DNA from: an uncultured Chloroflexia bacterium
GTDB taxonomy: Bacteria; Chloroflexota; Limnocylindria; Limnocylindrales; CSP1-4
Length of the DNA: 64,000 bases
Assembly: GCA_963713795.1 (NCBI GenBank)
Contig: CAVQNC010000010.1
Coordinates: forward strand, 103,966 to 167,965
Direction: 5' to 3'
Positions 20,331-30,127 of the stretch are shown in pieces. The notes beneath the pieces were generated by a model, which was not told the origin of the DNA, did not search any database, and was given only the letters and a program-made list of their open reading frames with translations. A program made the position numbers and the translations under genes. How positions within the stretch are numbered: position 1 is the first letter of the stretch; every line of letters begins with the position of its first letter.

Positions 20331-21455
20331 GTGCGTTTCCCGACTCGAGCGCGAATCATCGCTGTGCCCACGGCGATGGTGCTCGCCCTATCGCTCTTCA
20401 CCTTCTCGCTCACGTGGCAGGTTCCGGCGGTCCACGCCGCGTCAGGTCCCGCCGACGCTCAGGCAACCGAACTGGTCCGACTCATGAACGGCGCACGAGC
20501 CGCCCAGGGTAAAGCGCCGCTGAAGATAGATGTCTACCTGGCGTCCGAAGCGCGTAACGGCGCGATTCCTTGCCCCGACGACTCTTCGCGGACAATCGCC
20601 GGTCGCGCTCAGGATTTCGCCGCCTACGGGTCGATGTCCCACTACCTGCGCCTGTGCGACGCTTCGACGTACACGCTCTCGACCAAGCTCTTTGTCTCGG
20701 TCATGCAGGGCTGGGGCTATGGAAGCGTGGGTGAGATCGACGACTCGAACACCGGCTATGGCAGCGGCGCGTTCCTGTACACGTTCTCCGGCTCGAAGAC
20801 GTGGCGGACGTGGACGTACTCCACTGCGGGCAACGCCCTGATCGAGTGGAAGGCGTCTCCGACGCACTGGAACATCATCATGGGCTCCTACGACCGCGTC
20901 GGCTGCGGTGGCTGGATCGGTGGATCGAGCTACTACTACGACTGCGCCTTCGCCGAGGGCGGCCCTTCGCCGAGCGGCCTGCGAGCCGCGCCAACGGCCT
21001 CGCCGTTCAGCAACCCGCTGCCGACAACCGCGCCGGTTCGGACGGCCGCGCCGGCCCCGGTCAGCACGCCCGGCATCACTGAGGCTCCCGTCGCCGGCAG
21101 CGGCGGTGGCAGCGGGGCTTCGAACGGCGGCTCCTCCAACTCGGTCGCCGGGCCGGCGCTGAGCCAGATCGCCAACCCGACGGCGGACCCGTGGGCCTCG
21201 CGTGGGGCCCCCGAGCCTACCTCGGTCGTCCAGGGCCAGGTCCAGGCCATTCCGACGGCGGGGCCCACGGGCGGCATCGCGGCGGCCGTGCAGGAGGGCA
21301 GTCACAACATGATGCCCCCATCGGGCTCGTCCGGGCCGACGACCGCGAACGCGTTCCTTGTCGCCCTCGTTGCCGCCGGCTGTGGGCTTCTGTGCCTCGC
21401 CTCCGCTGCTTTCCTGTCGCTCAGGCGCCGGAGGCGCCGCGAAGCGGCCCTCTAG
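20331..21455 (+). CDS. CAP/SCP-domain surface protein with signal peptide, Pro/Ala/Thr-rich linker and a C-terminal TM helix plus poly-Arg tail
   Basis: GTG start 6 nt after GGAGG. Signal peptide ends AVHA. The C-terminus is FLVALVAAGCGLLCLASAAFLSLRRRRRRE. Confidence 0.55.
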   Translation: MRFPTRARIIAVPTAMVLALSLFTFSLTWQVPAVHAASGPADAQATELVRLMNGARAAQGKAPLKIDVYLASEARNGAIPCPDDSSRTIAGRAQDFAAYGSMSHYLRLCDASTYTLSTKLFVSVMQGWGYGSVGEIDDSNTGYGSGAFLYTFSGSKTWRTWTYSTAGNALIEWKASPTHWNIIMGSYDRVGCGGWIGGSSYYYDCAFAEGGPSPSGLRAAPTASPFSNPLPTTAPVRTAAPAPVSTPGITEAPVAGSGGGSGASNGGSSNSVAGPALSQIANPTADPWASRGAPEPTSVVQGQVQAIPTAGPTGGIAAAVQEGSHNMMPPSGSSGPTTANAFLVALVAAGCGLLCLASAAFLSLRRRRRREAAL

Positions 21456-22135
21456 CGATCGCGGATACGGAGCGACGAAACGACGAGGATCGCCCCGAAC
21501 GCGATTATCACGACCGGCCAGGTCAGGTTGAGGTCGAAGCTCGGGTCGACCTGATGCCAGGCCAGCATGCCGCCGACCAGGATGAGCAGCAGTCCGAAGA
21601 CCAGTCCGGGGCCGGTGTGGCTGCGGTACTCACGCCGTTCGGCCCTCTGCTGCCAGCGGTCGGCCCTCTGCTGCCAGCGTTCCTGGCGCCACTGGGAGCG
21701 CCAGTCGTTGCTCCACGATCCGCCGGGAGCGGTGGTGGGAGGCATTCCGGAGGCCGCGTCGGGGCCGGCGGCCGGGCCGGCCTGTCCGGCTTCCGTGGGT
21801 GATCCCGTCGGGGCTCCCGGCTGGGTCGCCGGGGCGGCTCCCTCCGCCGCGTCCGGAGACGCGGGGGCCGTCGGAGGCGCGTATCCGGCCCCGTATCCGG
21901 ATGGACCTCCACCCGGAGCCCACGGCGACTGGGGCGGCCATTCGCTCGGCTCGAGCGGGACGACGATGATCATGATCAGGTAGGCCCAGAAGGTCAGCGA
22001 CCCGGTGAAGAAGACCGACAGGAACCAGATGATCCGGACAATGACCGGGTCGACGTCGAAGTAGGCGGCAACGCCGCCCGCGACGCCGGCCAGGATGCGG
22101 TCGTCGGCCGAACGATAAAGACGTCGAGGGTTCAC
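21452..22135 (-). CDS. PspC-domain membrane protein
   Basis: N-terminal YRSADDRILAGVAGGVAAYFDVDPVIVRIIWF PspC motif, a low-complexity P/G/A linker and a second TM segment; 227 aa. Confidence 0.8.
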   Translation of the reverse strand: MNPRRLYRSADDRILAGVAGGVAAYFDVDPVIVRIIWFLSVFFTGSLTFWAYLIMIIVVPLEPSEWPPQSPWAPGGGPSGYGAGYAPPTAPASPDAAEGAAPATQPGAPTGSPTEAGQAGPAAGPDAASGMPPTTAPGGSWSNDWRSQWRQERWQQRADRWQQRAERREYRSHTGPGLVFGLLLILVGGMLAWHQVDPSFDLNLTWPVVIIAFGAILVVSSLRIRDR

Positions 22136-23091
22136 TTGCAGCCTCCTGCGGGGCGGAGCTTCAGGCTCCCGAGACTAGTTTCGATGGTCAGGTTGGCCTT
22201 GTGGGTGGCGAGGTCATAGCCGGGCGTCTGCCACAGCCCGCCGACCTGGACGAGGCCGGCGCCGCTGAAGTCACTCGACGAGAGGCTGTCGCTGGCGGTC
22301 ACCTGGACGCCCAGGCCTGCCGGCACACAGACCGACAGCGAGCCCAGGTTGGTCTTCAGGTCGGCCGTCAGGTCCGACGAACCGTCGAGCGTGACGTAGG
22401 CCGCTCCCAGGTTCGTCGAGACGCTCAGAGTGCCGACCCTGGCGCCGGACAGGTCGACGTGGAGCGAGCCGAGGTTGAGCGAGAACCGGGCAGTCGCCAG
22501 GTTGACCGAGGCCAGCGAGAAGCTGGCGTCGCCCATGTCGAGACTCGACGTGAGGTCTATCTGCGCTCCGTTGGGCAGTGCTACCCGCCAGTCGTCCGTG
22601 CCGCGGTCGAACTGCCAGCCGTCCGTCGTGGCGGACGTGACTCGAAGCCAGCCGGCGTTCGAGCTGACCTGCGCGGCCTCGCCGGCGGAATTGGCGGCGG
22701 CGACGTGCCACTGGCCGTCGCCCGACGCCGTGACGGTCGCGGAGCCGCACTGCAGGTCGAGCTCCACCGACGGCGCTCCCTCGAATGAGCCGGACCGCGA
22801 GATCGTCGTCGAGTTGCTGTCGCCCCCGCCGCAGCCGATGTTCGGGCCGACGGCGAGCACGCTCCCGAAGACCAGGCCGAGGCAGATCGCCACGATCGTG
22901 CCGCCCACGAAGAAGGCGGGCGTGCGCGCGAGGACGAGGGCCAGGCCTATGCCCACGATGATCAGCGGCCACAGACGCCAGGCGTCGCCCAGGACGGAAG
23001 AACTGACGGCGCCCTGATGGTAAGCCACGGGAACGGCGCCGAGAACGATGAAGAAGATTCCCCAGTTGAGTCGGCCGCGGTCAACTCTCAT
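22132..23091 (-). CDS. Membrane protein with a DUF4097/toastrack-type beta-helical extracytoplasmic domain
   Basis: ATG at 23091 (M21 of the track ORF). Two N-terminal TM helices, then repetitive beta-strand segments (SVSTNLGAAYVTLDGSSDLTADLKTNLGSLSV). 4-nt overlap with the PspC gene. Confidence 0.6.
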   Translation of the reverse strand: MRVDRGRLNWGIFFIVLGAVPVAYHQGAVSSSVLGDAWRLWPLIIVGIGLALVLARTPAFFVGGTIVAICLGLVFGSVLAVGPNIGCGGGDSNSTTISRSGSFEGAPSVELDLQCGSATVTASGDGQWHVAAANSAGEAAQVSSNAGWLRVTSATTDGWQFDRGTDDWRVALPNGAQIDLTSSLDMGDASFSLASVNLATARFSLNLGSLHVDLSGARVGTLSVSTNLGAAYVTLDGSSDLTADLKTNLGSLSVCVPAGLGVQVTASDSLSSSDFSGAGLVQVGGLWQTPGYDLATHKANLTIETSLGSLKLRPAGGCK

Positions 23092-23438
23092 TCGCACCAC
23101 CTCATGCAGTTCGCGCGGCGCTCCAAGCGAAGCTCGAGCCGGGCCGTCCATGTGAGTCCGGCGACGCCACCCGGCGTCCCGCCGGTGTCAGGATACGCGC
23201 GCGGATTCGGGCGGCGCGTCATTCCTTCGGTGGGCCGACCCATCCTTCGCTAGATCGAACCGGCCTCGTCCGCGGGCCGTGTCGGGGCAACCCCGGCACA
23301 CTCGGGCCGGGTGGTCGGAAACGCGGCGCCGACCTGGAGAACTCACCGGCCTTACCATTCGAGTCGCGATATCGTGCGGGGCGCCCGACCACCGGTGAGA
23401 GTGGCGCCGAAGCCGGCGACCAAGCAGAGAGGCTGGCA

Positions 23439-25838
23439 GTGACTGACTCTGGCCGGATGCCGCCGGAAGTTGGGGCCAATCGCGCGCTCCCCGCCGGCCG
23501 GGGCCGACGTGATACCGCGGTGGACAGCCGCCCGGCGACGCCGGACCGCCTCGCTCTCGCCCTTGCCGGCGCGGTGGCCGTCGAGGGACTCTCCGTCCTC
23601 CTCGGCTGGGCCCTGGCGTTGCCCTTGCTGACGAGCTGGCTACCCGGGCTGGTCCAGACCAAGCTCAACGCCGGCGTTTGCCTGGTCAGCCTGGGGCTGG
23701 CGTTGGGATTGCGCGTCCACTCCGAACGGAGAGCTTATCGGTGGCTGTCGGCGGTCCTTGCTCTGATCGTGGTCGCCATTGCCGCGGCAACCCTGTATGA
23801 GTACCTGGCCGGCACGAGTCTCGGCATCGACCAGGCTCTTGAAGCCGACAAGGCGAGCGCGGCATCGCCGTACCCGGGGCGGTTCGCGGTCCAGACGGGG
23901 ATGGCGTTTCTGGCCGGCGCGCTCGCGATCATCGCGATGGGCCGTCGGTGGCGAGGGGTTGCCGTGACGGAGGTCCTGGGCCTGGCCTGCGCGACCGTCG
24001 GGGGGATCGAGGTGCTTGGCTACCTGTACGGCGCCCAGGGCCTGCTCTCACTGGTTTCACCGTCGCAGGTATCCCTGCCCACGTCATGCGCCCTCCTCGG
24101 CCTTGGCGGTGGCGTCGTGGCCGCAGACGCCGACCACGTGCTGGTCCGCCTCGTACGGGACAAGGGCATGGCCGGCCAGGTCATCCGGCGCATCGTTCCG
24201 GCCGCGTTGATCGTCCTGCCGCTGGGCGCCTGGCTGCGCCTCTGGGGCGAACGGGCCGGCCTGTACGACGAGACCGTCGGACTGTCGATCACGGTGGTCT
24301 TCGAGGCCCTGGTGCTGGTGGCGATCGGTGCCTGGACTACCGTGCGCGTCCAGCGCCTCGAGGAAGAACGTCTCGAGGCCCTCTCGGACCTCGTCCGGCT
24401 CGGCGCGGCCGCGTCGACGCCGCTGATCGAGACGGCGCCCGTGGGCCTGGCCGTACTCGACGCTGACCTTCGCTACCTGTACGTCAACCCGGCCCTCGCG
24501 GCGATCGGCGGGCTGTCCGCCGTCGAGAGCCTGGGCCTGCCCATCGATCGCGTGATGCCTGCGTTTGGTCCCGAAGCCAGGGCCGCCCTGGCTCGAGTGC
24601 TGGCCGACGGCGTACCCATCCGCGACCTGGAGGTCAGCGGGCAGACCCGATCGGGCGGGCAACGGCGGACGTGGCTGATGAATGCTGAAGGGCTGAAGGA
24701 CGCGCTGGGAGACATGGCCGGCGTGACGGTAAGCGTCGTGGAGATCACGGAACGCAAGAACCGTGAAGTAGCCCTGGCCGCCGTCGCGGAAATGCGGCGC
24801 CAGGCCCAGGCGATCGGCGAGTCGATCCCATTCGGCATCTGGCTCGCCACTGAGGACGGCAGCATGACCTACCTGAGCGACTCGTTCCTCGAGATGTCCG
24901 GGCAGACGATGGAGCAGGCTCGCGGTCTCGGCTGGATTTCGACCCTGGCGCCGGAAACGGCCGAGCAGACGAGGCGCGACTGGATGGAAGCGGTGGCCAC
25001 CCGGACCCCCTGGAACCATGAGCTGGTCGTCCTGGGCGCGGACGAACGCAGCCGCACTGTCCTCTCGCGCGGGTTCCCGATCTCCGACGAGACGGGCAGA
25101 GTCTCCAGCTGGGCCGGCATTAATCTCGACATCACCGACCGAAGGGACGCGGAGGCATTCCGAGAGGCATTCATGGGGATCCTGTCGCACGAGCTCAGGA
25201 CGCCGATCACGTCGATCTACGCGGCCAGCACTCTGCTCGCCCGGCCCGGCCAGATCGAGGGCCGCCGCGACGAGCTCGTCGCCGACATCGGCCACGAGGC
25301 CGAGCGGCTTCGCCGTTTGGTCGACGATCTCGTGATCCTCGCCCGGACCGAGCGCGGGACGATCCAGGTCCACGCCGAACCGGTCCTGCTCCAGCATGTC
25401 TTGCGGAGGGTCTGCGACCAGGAAAGGCACCGCCATCCGAACAACCGCCTGGAGTTGAGCGTCGCGCCATCGCTGCCGGTCGCCCGGGCGGACGAGGCTT
25501 TCGTCGAGCAGATCGTCCGGAACCTGCTCGAGAACGCGGTCAAGTACGGACCTCCGGGCGGCCAGATCGAGTTGGTTGTGGATGCGCCGGACGGTTGGCC
25601 GCGGGTTCGAGTGCTGGACCACGGGCCCGGCGTCGATCCGGCCGAAGCCGAGCGGCTCTTCGAGGTCTTCTATCGCTCCAGGCGCACGTCACGGGTGGCC
25701 GGCTCCGGGATCGGGCTTTTCGTGGCGCACCGGCTGGTGGAGTCGATCGGCGGCACGATCTGGGCCAGGCCCAGGGACGACGGCCCCGGCGCCGAATTCG
25801 GGTTCCGGCTCCAGCCCTTCACCGAGGACGCCATCTGA
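23439..25838 (+). CDS. Sensor histidine kinase: polytopic N-terminal membrane domain, two PAS domains, HisKA and HATPase_c; no receiver domain and no adjacent response regulator
   Basis: H-box ILSHELRTPITSI; N-box LVRNLLENAVKYG; G-boxes DHGPGV and GSGIGL. 799 aa. Confidence 0.85.
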   Translation: MTDSGRMPPEVGANRALPAGRGRRDTAVDSRPATPDRLALALAGAVAVEGLSVLLGWALALPLLTSWLPGLVQTKLNAGVCLVSLGLALGLRVHSERRAYRWLSAVLALIVVAIAAATLYEYLAGTSLGIDQALEADKASAASPYPGRFAVQTGMAFLAGALAIIAMGRRWRGVAVTEVLGLACATVGGIEVLGYLYGAQGLLSLVSPSQVSLPTSCALLGLGGGVVAADADHVLVRLVRDKGMAGQVIRRIVPAALIVLPLGAWLRLWGERAGLYDETVGLSITVVFEALVLVAIGAWTTVRVQRLEEERLEALSDLVRLGAAASTPLIETAPVGLAVLDADLRYLYVNPALAAIGGLSAVESLGLPIDRVMPAFGPEARAALARVLADGVPIRDLEVSGQTRSGGQRRTWLMNAEGLKDALGDMAGVTVSVVEITERKNREVALAAVAEMRRQAQAIGESIPFGIWLATEDGSMTYLSDSFLEMSGQTMEQARGLGWISTLAPETAEQTRRDWMEAVATRTPWNHELVVLGADERSRTVLSRGFPISDETGRVSSWAGINLDITDRRDAEAFREAFMGILSHELRTPITSIYAASTLLARPGQIEGRRDELVADIGHEAERLRRLVDDLVILARTERGTIQVHAEPVLLQHVLRRVCDQERHRHPNNRLELSVAPSLPVARADEAFVEQIVRNLLENAVKYGPPGGQIELVVDAPDGWPRVRVLDHGPGVDPAEAERLFEVFYRSRRTSRVAGSGIGLFVAHRLVESIGGTIWARPRDDGPGAEFGFRLQPFTEDAI

Positions 25839-25972
25839 GGGAGGACCCACGGCAAGGCACGTCGTGGCAGCCGGACGGCGTCTCGCCGGACCGATGCCGG
25901 GCGGGGAGGAACGCAAGACGCAGCCCCCGCCGGGAGGCGGAGGCTGCGCTGAAAGAGGGTGCCGGTCGGTCG

Positions 25973-26737
25973 CTAGAGGGCGTTCAGGGCCGCGCGACAG
26001 GCCTCGGCGTCGGCGATCGCCGACTTGAGCAGGTTGCGCGCCTGGCCCAGGGCCGTCCGGGCGTTGATCAGGATCGGGCCCGCGGTACCGCCGTTGTACT
26101 CGGCCGGGGTGAGCGGCAGCAGCGCGGCGGGCAGCGGCGTCGCCAGTCCGGCTGCCTGGGTCACGGCCGCGTTCATGGCATCGAGGTCGGCCTGGGCCGC
26201 CGCGGTGTTCTTGCCGGCCGCGTTCGCGGCGGCGATTCGAGCGGCCAGCCTGGTGTTGACGTCGGCGAACCTGGCCTGAGCGGCCAGGACGCCGTCGGCC
26301 GCGTTCACGAGATTGGCCTGGGGGACGACGAGAAGGTAGACGCGGAATTCGGTCGCGATTTTGACTATGTCGGCCCTGAGCGCCAGCAGCCCGGTCTCAC
26401 TGTCGATCGTGGCCTTCAGGCTGGTCAGGCCCGACCGGGTCGAGCTTATCTCGCCCTGGAGGGCCGCGGCGTCGGAGGATGTCATCACCTTCGAGGCGGT
26501 GATCCTGGCCGAGAGGTTGGTCAACGTGACGAAGCGCCGGTTGATCTCGCAATCGCCCCATGCCTGAAGTGACGCCACGCCCGGGTCCGCCAGTGCCGCG
26601 GTGGCTTCAACGGCGCAGACGCCCTTGCCCGAGGGACCCGCGGCCGGCGTTGCGGCGGTGACCATGCCGGCCGAGGCGAAGAGCACGGAGCCGCCGAGGG
26701 CGAGACCGGCGACGAGGGCTGTCAGTCGAGACTTCAC
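25973..26737 (-). CDS. Secreted Ala-rich hypothetical protein
   Basis: GTG start 8 nt after AGGAG; signal peptide KSRLTALVAGLALGGSVLFASA; helical Ala-rich body. Confidence 0.5.
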   Translation of the reverse strand: MKSRLTALVAGLALGGSVLFASAGMVTAATPAAGPSGKGVCAVEATAALADPGVASLQAWGDCEINRRFVTLTNLSARITASKVMTSSDAAALQGEISSTRSGLTSLKATIDSETGLLALRADIVKIATEFRVYLLVVPQANLVNAADGVLAAQARFADVNTRLAARIAAANAAGKNTAAAQADLDAMNAAVTQAAGLATPLPAALLPLTPAEYNGGTAGPILINARTALGQARNLLKSAIADAEACRAALNAL

Positions 26738-26766
26738 GGGATTACTCCTTCTGTGAATAGCGGCGG

Positions 26767-27156
26767 TCACTCGCCGCCGGAGGTGCCGGCATCGCTGCCC
26801 GACAGCGAGCTGTTGATGCCGTTGAGGATGTCTTTGAGGTTCGAGATCTGGCCGGCCAGCGGGTCGGGTGTGGCTGCGGCAGGCCCCGAAGTCGCGGCCC
26901 CGCCGGAGGTCGCGGCGGGGCTCGACTGGACCGGACTACCCGAGTCGGCCGGGGTCGCGGAACCGGCCGCCGCGTCGGTCGGCGTCGGGGCGCTCGTCGC
27001 CTCCGCTTGATCGACCTGGCTGGCCTGCCCGGCCGGAGCCGGCGACGAGCCCGCGGTGGCCGTGGCCCCGCCGCGCCCCGCGCAGGCAGTGGCGGCCATG
27101 CCGACGATGAGCGCGGCCGCCGCAAGTCTGGCTACGGAACTGACTTGACGATCCAC
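26767..27156 (-). CDS. Small secreted low-complexity lipoprotein
   Basis: GTG start after AAGGAG; lipobox-like MAATAC; Ser/Ala/Thr/Gly-rich body; overlaps the downstream gene by 4 nt. Confidence 0.4.
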   Translation of the reverse strand: MDRQVSSVARLAAAALIVGMAATACAGRGGATATAGSSPAPAGQASQVDQAEATSAPTPTDAAAGSATPADSGSPVQSSPAATSGGAATSGPAAATPDPLAGQISNLKDILNGINSSLSGSDAGTSGGE

Positions 27157-27445
27157 CTTGTTGGTCTCCTTGTCCCGCTCTTCTGGAACTGATGTTGGAG
27201 ATCCTGGTGGACCGGCCTTCGGAGACTTCGCGGCGCAAGTAAGACGACTGTAAGGTCGATGGCCGGCGGTGCCTCGGCGCACACGCCGAAATCCGGGCAC
27301 CTCGGCATTACCTGCGCCCGCTTGGGGCCTGGAGTGTTGCCTCCGGGCGACGCGTTGATGCATTTGGCGACGTCCGAGGGCGCGCTTGATATGGCCCTGT
27401 TATTGTCGAACGCATCCCGTGCCCGGAGAATAGCAGCGGGGTTCG

Positions 27446-27886
27446 GTGTCTCTTCACGGGGTTGGAAACTTGATCGTCCGGATCCTCAAAGGCCGCGTCG
27501 ATCCCGGACACGTGGCCATCTTTCGCGAGCAAGCCCGCCGAGTCGTTCGCGATGCTCGAAACCGCGATGGGCTCGTCTACGCCCACGTTGGACGTCAGGC
27601 GGACGCGGACGACGGCGAGGAGATGGTCTTCGTAAGCGTGTGGCGAGATCTCGAGTCCATCTACAGCTGGCTCGGGGTGACGGACCTTCTCCAGACACCG
27701 AGACTCGATGACGGTCAACGCGAGGCTTTCGAGCAACTCGAACTCCAGCACTACGAAGTCCTGGAGCCCGACGGCGCGGCCACGATACTGATCGAGGGGC
27801 TGGGTGTCGGACCGATTCCGGGGCAGGAGTTCGAGGCCACGGCGGATGCCCCTTTGCCTGCCGCCGCCGTCGATCTCGCCGTTTGA
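27446..27886 (+). CDS. Hypothetical protein, possibly ABM/Dabb-like alpha-beta barrel
   Basis: 146-aa ORF. An LIVRILKG...VSVWRDLESI pattern is compatible with an ABM fold. Weak RBS; start uncertain (GTG 27446 or TTG 27470). Confidence 0.3.
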   Translation: MSLHGVGNLIVRILKGRVDPGHVAIFREQARRVVRDARNRDGLVYAHVGRQADADDGEEMVFVSVWRDLESIYSWLGVTDLLQTPRLDDGQREAFEQLELQHYEVLEPDGAATILIEGLGVGPIPGQEFEATADAPLPAAAVDLAV

Positions 27887-28306
27887 CCGCACAGCAAAGC
27901 AGCCGGCCGCGGAGGGGGTAGAGCGACCGGCTGCTTCGAGTCTGTGGCCGGTCGCGTCGCGAGACGCGCGGGCCGGCTACGCGAGCCATTTGATCGCGGG
28001 ATCCTGATGAACTCCTGAATCTGGCTGAGGTTAGGGTAAACCCGCGGTGGATCGCGGCCCGCAACGGCCGGCTGAAGACTGCGGGGCCGGCCCGGGAGGG
28101 CGCTCGGACACGTGGACTGGTGAGTCGCGCCCACCCCGCGGGGGCAGCCCTCCCGCTCGCTCCGGCGGGTCGACCGGGTGGGCTGTTTCGCCCGCGCGGC
28201 CGTCGATGCGGCCTCCGAGGCGAACCGGCCTCGACGGGACCGACCTGGGCGCGGGCCTTCGCGGCGACGCGTTGTCGTCTGCCGCCGGACCGGCGACACT
28301 ATCGGC

Positions 28307-29605
28307 ATGAGCGCAAGCACGAACCCGACCCCAGGGCCGCCTCGATCGGGAGAGGAACCCTCTGAGGCCGCGCCGCAGACGGTTCCTCCGACCGCCGCCG
28401 GTCCTACGCCCCCTCGCTCGCGCGGAGCGCCCAGCAACTCGCCGGCCGGGGTCGCGCCGACAGCCCCGCCGCCAGCCTCGCCCACCAGCGCGGACATCGC
28501 CCGCTATCGCGAGAACCTTCAGGGTGAGATCGACGCCATCGCCCTCTATTCATTGCTGCGGGAGAAGGAAGAGAGCCGGCCGGTCAAGGACTTCTATGCC
28601 CGCATGGTCCAGGTGGAGTCGATGCACGCGGCGGTCTGGCGGGACCGCCTCACTGCAGTGGGCGTCGACACGGCCCGGTTGAGCCCGGCCTGGCGGACCC
28701 GGGTCCTGATGTTCATCGCCCGCCACTTCGGGCCGTCCCTCGTGGTTCCGACGATCGCGGAGCACGAGGCCTCCGACGAGGCGATGTACGACGACCAGCC
28801 CGAGGCCCTGGCTAGGATGCCCGGCGACGAGCGATCCCACGCCCGGCTTTTCCGCGAACTGGCCGCCGGCCGGGGCGTTGAGGGCGGCGCCATCGCCCGC
28901 ATCGAGGGACGCCATCGCGGCAGCGGCGGGAACCAGCTCCGGGCGGCGGTTCTGGGCGCTAACGACGGCCTGGTGTCGAACCTGAGCATCACCATGGGCG
29001 TCGCCGGTGCCTCGAGCGGCGGCGGCGGTCATGCGGTTCTGATAGCCGGCCTGGCCGGCATGCTCGCCGGCGCCCTGTCGATGGCCATCGGGGAGTGGCT
29101 GTCGGTCCAGAGCGCCCGCGAGCTCTACGCCCATCAGGTCAAGGTCGAGCGTGAGGAGTTGCTCAGCGTCCCCGACGAGGAGGAAGAGGAGTTGACGCTC
29201 ATCTACCAGTCGAAGGGCCTCACGGCCGAACAGGCCCGCCTCATGGCGCAGTCGCTGATCGGCGGCGAGCTCGGGCGGGCGGTCGACACGCTCGCTCGAG
29301 AGGAACTCGGCATCGACCCCGACGAGCTCGGCGGGTCGGCCTGGGTCGCCGCGACAACCTCGTTCTGCCTCTTCGCCCTCGGGGCCGTCGTGCCGCTCTC
29401 GCCATTCTTCTTCGCCGCGGGGATGCCCGCGGTCGCGGCTTCGATCATCGTCAGCGCCGCGGCCCTGATGGTCGTCGGGGCGGCCATCACGGTTGTGACC
29501 GGATCCAGCGTGATCAAGACCGGGGGCCGGCAGGTCCTGCTCGGGCTCTTCGCGGCCGCGATCACCTTCGGCCTCGGGACCCTCGTCGGCCGGGCCGTCG
29601 GGTAA
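28307..29605 (+). CDS. mbfA: Erythrin-VIT1 fusion protein (MbfA-type membrane-bound ferritin-like iron exporter)
   Basis: N-terminal rubrerythrin-like domain with two ExxH motifs (VESMHAA, DERSHAR). C-terminal VIT1/CCC1 domain with GANDGLVSNLS and TM helices. Confidence 0.75.
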   Translation: MSASTNPTPGPPRSGEEPSEAAPQTVPPTAAGPTPPRSRGAPSNSPAGVAPTAPPPASPTSADIARYRENLQGEIDAIALYSLLREKEESRPVKDFYARMVQVESMHAAVWRDRLTAVGVDTARLSPAWRTRVLMFIARHFGPSLVVPTIAEHEASDEAMYDDQPEALARMPGDERSHARLFRELAAGRGVEGGAIARIEGRHRGSGGNQLRAAVLGANDGLVSNLSITMGVAGASSGGGGHAVLIAGLAGMLAGALSMAIGEWLSVQSARELYAHQVKVEREELLSVPDEEEEELTLIYQSKGLTAEQARLMAQSLIGGELGRAVDTLAREELGIDPDELGGSAWVAATTSFCLFALGAVVPLSPFFFAAGMPAVAASIIVSAAALMVVGAAITVVTGSSVIKTGGRQVLLGLFAAAITFGLGTLVGRAVG

Positions 29606-29659
29606 GGGCGTCGAGACTTCGGCTCGATCCGGCAGGCCCGCTGGCCGGCCAGTCAGGAC

Positions 29660-30127
29660 TCAGTCGCGGCGGGCGGACACGGCGGCATGCGGCGGGGAGG
29701 GCGAGGCCGGCTCGGGCGGGCCGGCCATGCGGTAGCCGGTGCCGTAGACACTCTCGATCAACGAGTACTCGCGGACCGGGGCGACTCGAGCGCGCAGGCT
29801 GCGGATCGTCACCTGGAGCAGGTGGATGTCGTCGCCGTACCCCGGACCCCAGACGGACAACAGCAGCTCGCGATGACCCACGACCCTGTCCGAGTGCTCG
29901 ACGAGGTAGCAGAGCAGCCGGAACTCGGTCGGCGTGAGGTGAACCTCCTCGCCCAGCACGCGGACGGATCTGCGGCCGGTGTCGATGTCCAGCGGGCCGA
30001 ACGAGAGGTGAGGCACCGGATCGACCCAAGGATCGGGACTCGGCGAGGAGAGTGAGGAGACGGAGACGGCGTAGTCGAGGGAGGAGCCGGGCCCGGGCGC
30101 CGGGCTCACGTAGCTGACCGCCCTCAT
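29660..30127 (-). CDS. Orphan OmpR/PhoB-type winged-helix DNA-binding protein (trans_reg_C domain only, no receiver)
   Basis: LTPTEFRLLCYLVEHSDRVVGHRELLLSVWG...VYGTGYRM is a complete wHTH effector domain. Start taken at the ATG following GAGAGAGGTG (M36 of the track ORF). N-terminal P/S-rich tail. Confidence 0.65.
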   Translation of the reverse strand: MRAVSYVSPAPGPGSSLDYAVSVSSLSSPSPDPWVDPVPHLSFGPLDIDTGRRSVRVLGEEVHLTPTEFRLLCYLVEHSDRVVGHRELLLSVWGPGYGDDIHLLQVTIRSLRARVAPVREYSLIESVYGTGYRMAGPPEPASPSPPHAAVSARRD

